Positions 25,001 through 34,000 of a stretch of 64,000 nucleotides of DNA are shown here, piece after piece. The stretch's first letter is position 1. Every line of letters begins with the position of its first letter. The stretch is from Tubiluchus corallicola (taxonomy: Eukaryota > Animalia > Priapulida). The position numbers were made by a program, and so were the translations under genes. The notes below the pieces were generated by a model. The model was not told where the DNA came from, searched no databases, and saw only the letters and a program-made list of their open reading frames with translations. The stretch covers positions 1 to 64,000 of the forward strand of contig JAQGDQ010001081.1 of NCBI GenBank assembly GCA_030141605.1, given 5' to 3'.

Positions 25001-28000
25001 TTTTATCAAGATTATCTTGCCAGTTTTTAGTTACGTTTATTATAGCATCGACAGTTGAATGTTTTTTCTAAATCCGAATTGGTGTTTCAATAAGAGTTAA
25101 TTTGATTGACATATGTAATAATTTGATCATAAATTACTCTTTCCCAAATTTTACTCATACAATGAACCATTGATACTGGTCTGTAATTTATTGGATCATC
25201 TTTAGCATTCTTTTTATGGATTGGTGTAATATTAGCTGTTTTGCATTGATCAGGAATATTCCCAAGCATTACTATGTGGTTAGTGATTTAGGTTATATGT
25301 GGAGCAATTAAATGCATACTGTCGTTTAGAATTTTTATTGGTATGTCCAATGTGCCACTACCTTTATTTGCATCTAAATTATTTATTATTTTTAAAATAT
25401 CAGCAAACGTAACACTGGAAAATGAAAATTGGTTATTTGCAGGTCCTACAGTTTTTAGTTTGTCTTTTATGCCATCAGTATAATCATTCTGCAAATTAAA
25501 GTTTCCGAGGTTAGCAGACGTCTCATTTAACAAATTTGCAATATCTTTAGGTTTCGTTATTATGGTATTGTTTATTTTAAGTTCATTTACCCTATTTTGT
25601 TTATTTTTATAGTTATTTATAACATTGTTGATCACCGTCCATTTTTGTTTTGTAGTGGAGGCACTACTGCATTTTCTTGAGTATATCTATTTTTTAGAAT
25701 TTTATTAAGATTGTTGAATTTCTTTCTAGCTTTCTTGTACTTTATGTGATCATTTTTGGATTTACTGTTAAGCCGTGTGTCGTATAAGTTATTTTTATTA
25801 TTTCTTAATTCATTAAGTTCAACATTTGTCCAATTACTTTCACAATTAAGCTTTGATTTGACGTTCAATTCTTTAACTTTTTTGAAAGGTTTTTAAGATT
25901 TAAGCAGTATTGGATATTGTTTATTAAATGTCTACTTGAGTATTTATATTTGTTGTAAGATATATCTCACTCCAGTTCATTTTAACTAAGTCATTTAAAA
26001 AATGTGCCTCATTATAGTGTGTGAAATCTCTGGTAGTTTTCCAACACGAATTATGATTTGCTGCATTTAAGTGGAATAATTTATCAACAGTAATTATGAA
26101 ATTGTAATCGGAATATTCAAAAGGTATACTGTCATGAGTTATAAATTTGCAAGGGTTATTAGTAATAAAATGATCAATTAAACTGCTCCTTGACGTTTTT
26201 ACTGCACCTTGTTGGTTTTTCATTGTTTGATATTTCCACAAAATAAATTTAGAAGTTCTTTGTACTTTGCATATGAAGCAGTATTTACTAGCAAGCGTGT
26301 TAATATTAAAATTGCCCATAATTAAGATTTGTTTGTTTTCAAATACTGCTCTTTCTATTTTTATTCCGAAGTATTTTAAAAAAGTTTTTAATTTAGTATT
26401 TGGGGGTCTATAAACAGTGCATACTAAGTAATCCCAGATGTTGCACCACAGAGATTCAATCTTTCCTGTTCACATACCCTTTGTTTCTGTGGCTGTGAAA
26501 TGTGATGGTATATAGATGGCTACTCCTCCTTTTTTGTTTTTTTTTTTGTTCGATCCTTTCTGAATAATGTGTGATTTGGTAACTGTATTGAAGTACTTGA
26601 AATTTGTTCATGTAGGCATGTTTCACCATGTTTTACCAATAATTAGATTTTCTGTTGCATGGACTGTATTTTTTAGATATTCATGCTTTTTTACTAAGCT
26701 TTTAATATTAATGTGGAAGAGCTTTAGATGCTTTTATAATTGCAGATAAAGCTTATTAATTCTGTATTTATTATTTGGTTATTGTATTTTGTTGGACCTG
26801 GGTTACTCCTAATATGAGTAGCAAAACAGTAATTAATAGTGCATGTGTAAAATTAGTAAAAATTTGAATTTTAAACATTTGTTTCATCTTGCAATGGTTT
26901 GTATGCATTTATAGTAGAGCTGCACCAAACGCATTTCCTTTCAAACTTTTATATAAAGTGGAATTGGTAATGATAGTATTACTATGATAAAGAGAGTTAA
27001 TCGCGTGACATATTGCTTATAATATAAATGCCTCAATTCAATCCATATAACGGTGATATTTTCTGGGTTTGAAAGTAAGCATACTGCTCTAATAAAAATT
27101 AATTTTGTACATAGTTTACTCGGCTTAATGCATCCATAATAAATAGTTGTGTAATATAAGATTCCAATTGCGTTTTGAACGAAGTACAATGAGTAAATTG
27201 TTGATATACTGTTAATTTTGCAGGTTGCTATAATTATTATTAACACACTAACTGGTAATTTCTTTGCTACGTTTGTGAATGTTTGTATGCTGATTAGAAA
27301 TAACATATGACAAGAGAAAGATACAATTAATTGTATTTCATAGTTTCTTTCCTCATTAAACGTAGACATAGCTATTCTATGTTGTGAAATAAAATTAAGT
27401 AGGATGAGTACTGCAATTATCGTGACAAATATAATAATAATAATAAAATTGTAACCCATTATTTAGATAAAATCTGTAAACAGTAAAATGATAAAAACAG
27501 TTTAGTATACATTTGTTAATACGAGAATACTTTTTGTTTTGTTCTGGGGTTCTAAATTACTCGTGCTGTATATTTCTACATGACCTTAGCAATGAGTTCA
27601 CGCATCAGTGTTTTAAATGCATTTTAAGTTTACCTTGCTTTTTAATCTGACTGCTTTGTATGCAGGGTTCTGTGTTTGCAAAATCCTGTTGGTTTGCGTT
27701 TCTTGTTTATCCCGTCTTTTCATTATCTGTATGTGAAGACCTAGCGTCCTCGTGCATTATTTGACCGGCGTTAGAACAGTCTTTGTTATTGGCTGTACAA
27801 TACGAAGTGGTCAATATAAATGAGCTAGGCCCATTCACAAGTTTTGGTTTCTCATTAAAGTAGTTTCCACTAATTGCAGGTGTTGTAATGCTTGAGGGCC
27901 TAATAGTTAATGACCTATTATCTGTTATAAACGGGGTCGGTAGTAGACCAGTCTTCGGCGCATTTAAAGGATTAGGCCCATTGTTTGCATTAGCATAGAT

Positions 28001-31000
28001 TGACGGCCTAAAATTACTGTTTTCTGCAGAAGGTACTCTAGATACGTGATAGCTGTTGTTTTTTTCGCTCTGTGCCAACTATCTTTGTCGTTTATACACA
28101 ATTTCAGCAAGTTCTGTTAACTTGCTGACTCCCTGCCTACTAAAATGTAAGCCATCTCTAGCCATTAAGTTCTCATCGGTGAAATGGCTAACTAAATCAC
28201 AAATTCTGATGTCATCTGATCCTGATTTTTCAATAATATTAAACAACTGGTCATTGCACGAGCGAATGATTGAATTAGCCTTTGCAATATCAATCACTTT
28301 AGCATGTGCATACACATTTGATTTAAGTTTGGAGATAATACAAACAAATACATTGCAACAGTCAAATTTTGCTTTAATGTTACCTATACAATCCTAGGTG
28401 TTCCTAATTAAATCGGCAATCATTTCCTTCTCTTGCTGGCATGCTTCTGAGCCTTGAAAGTTCTCTCCAGCGCTTGTTTAATGTCGTTAACTCCACATGT
28501 AAGAATGACACTTTCAATCTTTTTTGGAGGATACTCAGTCGTAACAAGTTCTTTGAGTTCCTCCATATTAATTCCCCTATAAAAGTACACTTGAATGTTT
28601 CTGCAAATGTCTTGTGGGTTTATATACCTGGTTCTCAAGTCACCTAAAATGAGAGTCTGTCGCAGCATTCATAGTTTTTGGTGTAGGATTATGTCACATC
28701 TTGCTGATGTTGGTCTTATGCATATTGTCTCTGTCATCTGTTTTCCTGCCATATGTGTCTGTCTTTTCTAGTACGCTTTTCTAGGCTCTTATCCGACTGT
28801 GTTTCAACATTTATAGATGGTCTAGGCTTTGCATTTAAGGCATCTTCGATTTTACTTAGCCTAGCATTCTGGTTCAGAATTAGCTCATTTAGTTTTTCTA
28901 GTTGTTTTTGTAGTGCGTCTCTATTGTTATTTATCGTGTCAAATCCTAGGTCTAAATTTGATTGAAATAGGCATGATCGACGCCTTAATATTTTTACTTT
29001 ATGAGCTTCATTACCATCAGTGTCTGAGGGAGAGTCTTTCATTACATAATCAAGTTTGGGTGTGTTTAACTGCGTGGCACTAGGATATTCCATTTCACTA
29101 TGGAGAATGATATTATCCTGAGTGTAGATTTGATGATGACGTTGTGCGAGTTCCAGAAATTCACACACGTTTTCCCAACACCACTTTAGGTAACAGCCAT
29201 TAGTTATTTGTACTGTACCTTTATCATTGTTAATGTACATCATAGTAACTTTTTTTGAAATGCTTAATTTGTAACTTGAATACTGTTTCTGTTCATTACA
29301 GGTCACAGTTACATTCGCCCTGGCTCTAGAGTATTCATTGCCTACGCCATTCCATACACCAAGTTGTGTAACTCCTCTCCTCTTACTGTTACACTGCCTG
29401 TGTCATCAACGTGCTCATTTTAGTGATTTGATTCGGGAATGATTCATATAGTTTTTCTCCTAATCGTAATCTTAATCTTACTCTTACGTGGAATCGTAAT
29501 CTTACCAATGTAAGCTGATTTTGTTGAATTTGCCATCTCATGAAACTTATTTAATATAAAATGTTCACCGTAAAATAATAGATTTTCTGTTCCAAACAGA
29601 CTTTATAGTTACTTTTCACTGTGCTTTAAATAACATACTAACTAAACACCATGCATTATGTAAATTCAGTTATTGTTACTTACCACTATACTGATTATCG
29701 CAGCTCACGAGAGCACATCCATTCACCTCCGAGATTAGGTGAGCAAAATGGTGAACACTTCTTGGTCCTAGAAGAGATTCTAGGTTTCACATTAGGTACC
29801 AGACATTTTGCATTATCTCAGAGGTCAGTGAGACCAAGCTAAACAATTACAGCCAATACTTGGTAGCTAATTATTAAGACATTAGTCGTCACTGATTTCT
29901 TGTGCATTTACTTAAGCATATAAACAGATAAACACGTCTGAAATTGTCTCGTAGAAGAACTTGTCCCTTGTCACATGGCATAATTAAAAACCCTTGTGGC
30001 AATACAATATACAACTCTTTTATTATCACAATTTACTTTTCTTTTTTTAGCAATGAAGGTTTAGAAGCAATACGAGGCCTAAAGCAGTTTCGAGTTGCAG
30101 CTAATATTGTAAAATGGGAAAGCTGGGACAATGTTTACAACATTCAGTACGTAAGAAATTAGTTATACTTAAGTTGATGAGTTCTGTCATTTGTGCTTAG
30201 TAGTGCTTTGTTAGTGTGTCTAATGTCTATTATAAATAATAACTATTGATAATTTTTTTCAATTTTGTAGTTATACTAAATTTCTGTAGTCATGAAAAAT
30301 ACTAGGTTGCTGATGTAAAAATTATCTTAATTAATAATTGTAGAAGTGAATGTTATAACACAGATTTAGTAAGCAACGTCAACAAATGAATACAGAGTAT
30401 AAAAATATTTAAAGTATAGCTGTGTACAGCTACATTAATGCAATTAAATTGCTGTGTTATCTGAATGGTAGTCTCAAGCATACAGGTCAACAGACTGGAG
30501 CAAACAATTTAAAAGATTAGATTACTAGCAACTAATCAGTCTAAAATAGCTATTTTCACAAATATCCTAGTCAATAATCATGAGAATTGTTTGATATTGA
30601 TAAACAGTCTGTTCTCTTGCCTAAAGCTGGCTAAATATATACTGTTGCGTAATTCGCCTGAATTTGCTTCATGACTAGCATGACATTTCGTAGTTTCAGA
30701 ATCAACAAACTGTATAAGGTGCTTTACTGCAGTCAATCTGAATCGGAAGATATTCTACTCCAAGATGGAAGTAACAATCAGAAAGCTTTACATGTGCCTA
30801 GGGTAAGTAACAATAGTAAACTTTGCTTATTCCAACACCATTGCTCTCTTTTTAGTAGAAAAAAATTAGCAAATTGTTTAAATTGTTTGGGTCAACATAC
30901 AATTTGCAGCAAATTTATTTGGGATTTTTCGCTAATGATCTAGTACTGAAATATTAATTCCTTAATCTTTATCGTATCGGTTTGTCATAATCCGTTGAAC

Positions 31001-34000
31001 ATTTTGCAATTGGTCTTTTGCATCATCACCTCCATACATTTTATTCAAGAACGTATGCTTTTTTGTTCTTTAGACCTTTGGCCAACTGTGTTTGAATTAC
31101 TTCAAATTTTACATAGCAGTTATACCTATACTACATTAATGCTTCAAAACAGTTGTGACATTGCTAGTTGTGTGTTGGTATTTTTATTATGACTCGATAG
31201 GACGTTGTGAGTGGGTGAACTTGGTTCGAAACTCACTTTTACTGTCAATTTCAGAGGTAGTTAATAGCTGCTTTTCTCCACATTTCTAGCTTTGCTACAA
31301 AGAAGAAATTCTGGGCTAAGAGTTAACATATATATTTTGACTAGATTTTATTTAATATTTTGCACACTTGTATTACTGTTTTAATATTTTATCTGTAATT
31401 TTTAACTCATGAGGCCTTTTAGAGCAAAAGTTCCTAAAATAAATAAATAAGTAATTGAGAGCTTTAAAGGGCTTTCAATGCTTTATTCAGGAGCTTGTCT
31501 TTAATTGTATATAAAGAGCTAAATATAGAATAAGTACCTTAAACAGGTTAGAAACAAGCTAGTGTAACCAAGATGACTGTCATACCTCAACAGTCTCATT
31601 ACAAGTTGTTTGTATTACTGCATTGTATGAAATTAGTGCAAGTAATGCCCTTTTCTTGCCATTATCTTTCAGTTGTTGCATCTTTTTCGATTAAGTTTGC
31701 AATGGCTTAACTTGTGTTTCTATTTTAGACGTGTGTAGTATCTTATAAAAGAGGCTAGTAACGTATATCATGAGAAGTTAGATGACCTATTTTGCTATAA
31801 AATGTTTAACTCCCGATCCCATTTTTGCAAATTGCAGTCCAATCATGCATGGAGTCTGAGCTGATTCCTTCAAATTTGATTTGGGAACAACCCCACAATC
31901 TCTTGCTCAGTTTGTTGTGATAGTAAGCCTCTTTTGCAAGTTTTTGCCACTCTCAAGACATTTCTTCAAATGCTGATTGTTACTTAGAGTTATGTTTTGT
32001 TGCTGCTTCTGGATATTTCCATATGCAGAACAGCCACTTACATACCCCGTTTTCCCTGGTACCTCTTACCTGTGGAATTTTTTCACTAGAAAAATGGTTC
32101 CTTGTTAGCCTCAATCTCAATTGTTTGAAAAGTATTACCATTTACCTCTCATTGCTATAAGGTACAACAAGTTCATTTTTTATGTATTCTTACATTACCG
32201 CAATGGATGCCATGTTTGGAGCAATCTGTAAAAAAAGATTGTTAATATGCAAGCATTGTGACAGAAATACTAAGATGAGATTTTTCTCTCTTGAAGAAAG
32301 AGCACTTTGAAAGTATGAAATAAGGGGCCTGCTAAGATATGTATTCAGTTACTTACCACATGTGCATACAGTACCAGAAAAAATAAGATTAGTCTATTTT
32401 TTATGTCAGGACTTGCGTAGCTCCAAAATAACTTAAGCTGTTATAAGGGTACTATTTGCTTGTACGCCTGCTGTACATCAGCAAACGATGTTAACTATTT
32501 TTTCTACTACTTCTATAATGAGAAATTTACTTTTTCAGAATATAGTTGAAGATCTCCTGCATAAGCAGATTGCAGCTGCTGAAACTGTTGAATGTAGCAG
32601 AACGGATGTGCTGCAATCTTTAACAATAGCAACTGGTGATAAAGAATTGCTGGATATAGAAGCTGCTTGCCCTCCCTCTCCCCCTCCTCCCACTCCTGCA
32701 AGCACATCTCTCTTTACAGGAAATGATGAGGAAACAAAATTTTGTTACATCAATGAGACAAACAGAGCGAAAGCAAAATCGTCTCCAGTTGGCATGACAG
32801 TAGCAAAACATACTCCTAGCCGGGCAAGCAAAATAATAGATGTACAACTTTTGAAAGAGAAATTATCTGTCCTTGCTGAATATGACGAGCAAGTGAATTT
32901 ACAAGAATTCAGTGAAAATGAAGAACTCTGTAGTTTCCAAGAAGTAGCCCATGATGATCCATGTTACAAATTTGACAAAGATACATCAGAGACAGATGCT
33001 CATCATGTTCATGAGTTCCACAACTTATCAGTAGTAAGCGAAAAAGAACAGATGAGATGTGATTCGACAGTAACAGATGCTTCGGCTATTTCTGCTGATC
33101 TGGATGTTTTTAATGCAAAAGCTTTTTGTGAGGAATTAACTACAGAAAGCAGTTCAGTGATGCCGGTCTCTATAGCTACTGAAACAGTTCGGTCATGCTC
33201 AAATGATGCCCTGTTTCTCTTTTCAAAACTTGAGTACAACGTAACTGAAACTGAATTTCATCCTGCATTTGAAACTGAGTGTGACAATACTGTGCAAGAT
33301 ACACCCTTATTAGCATCACACTCTGAAAGGCTAGGATCTACAGTTAATTTATTGACCTCAGAGAGTGTAGGAGATTCTTCAAATCTAATAACTTTCAGCG
33401 CTAAACCAGATTCAACTAGGGATGAACATAAAAGTCATCTTTATAATGGAGTTTGCAGAGATGTGGGAAGCAGTTTTATACATTGTTCAGCTTCCGAACA
33501 AGAACATGTCATGATTCCACTTCAGAACTTAAATAACATTTCAAATGTATCTTCTCCTGACAACTTAGTGAATGATCTTCCTACTGCTTCCATAACTGCT
33601 AATCCATTAAGTTCACCTTGTGAAAGTCTCAACTCTTCAGGAAGTAGGACAGATCTATCAGTTACTGGTTTAATGCAATCATACCAACCTTCAAGGAGCG
33701 TAGAATCACCATTCTGCCACAATGACAAAGAACTTGCAAATGGCAGTTACAGCTGGGAAAGAAGAAGTAAAGAGGCAATGGAAAGGCACAACTCTTGCCC
33801 AGCTCAGCTTGATAAGGAAGCAAGTTCTGTTACTCTTTTTTGTCAGGCTGATAGAAAGCATTCCCTTGCAGAAAGTAATACTTCATGTAAAGATACCGTG
33901 CTTTGTGCAACCAGTCTAGAGTCTGTGAATTTAAGCCACACTGAATCACTAGAATTTTTAGTTGACTTAAAATCACAACAACAGCAGCTGACGGACAGTT

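Larger units (their letters stand above)
23610..29731 (-). mobile_element. Near full-length, decayed CR1/L2-group LINE (esterase ORF1; APE + RT ORF2), antisense in an intron
   Basis: ORF1 fragments ~29536-27700: coiled coil, LILGDL, LTCGVND, RDGLHFS (SGNH blocks). APE fragments 26720-26100: HINIKSL, GGVAIY, VYRPPN, GNFNIN, SLIDHFITN. RT 25400-24200: ANITPIHKK, NYRPVS, FLDLSKAFD, GIPQGTLLGPLLF, YADD (24705-24716). 3' UTR with TG-rich microsatellite, AATAAA (23631-23636 on -) and a short (TAC/TAT)n tail. Many stops and frameshifts. Confidence 0.92.

Noticed and set aside
31195-31450. tRNA-derived SINE (ggttcgaaactc B-box-like; similar boxes near 51910 and 58630)
   Set aside because: Only isolated B-box-like words; no A-box, cloverleaf or second copy to confirm.
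31729-31922. Candidate extra exon (tattttag...gtaagc) in the orphan gene
   Set aside because: Stops in all three frames; the flanking exons already join in phase 0 without it.
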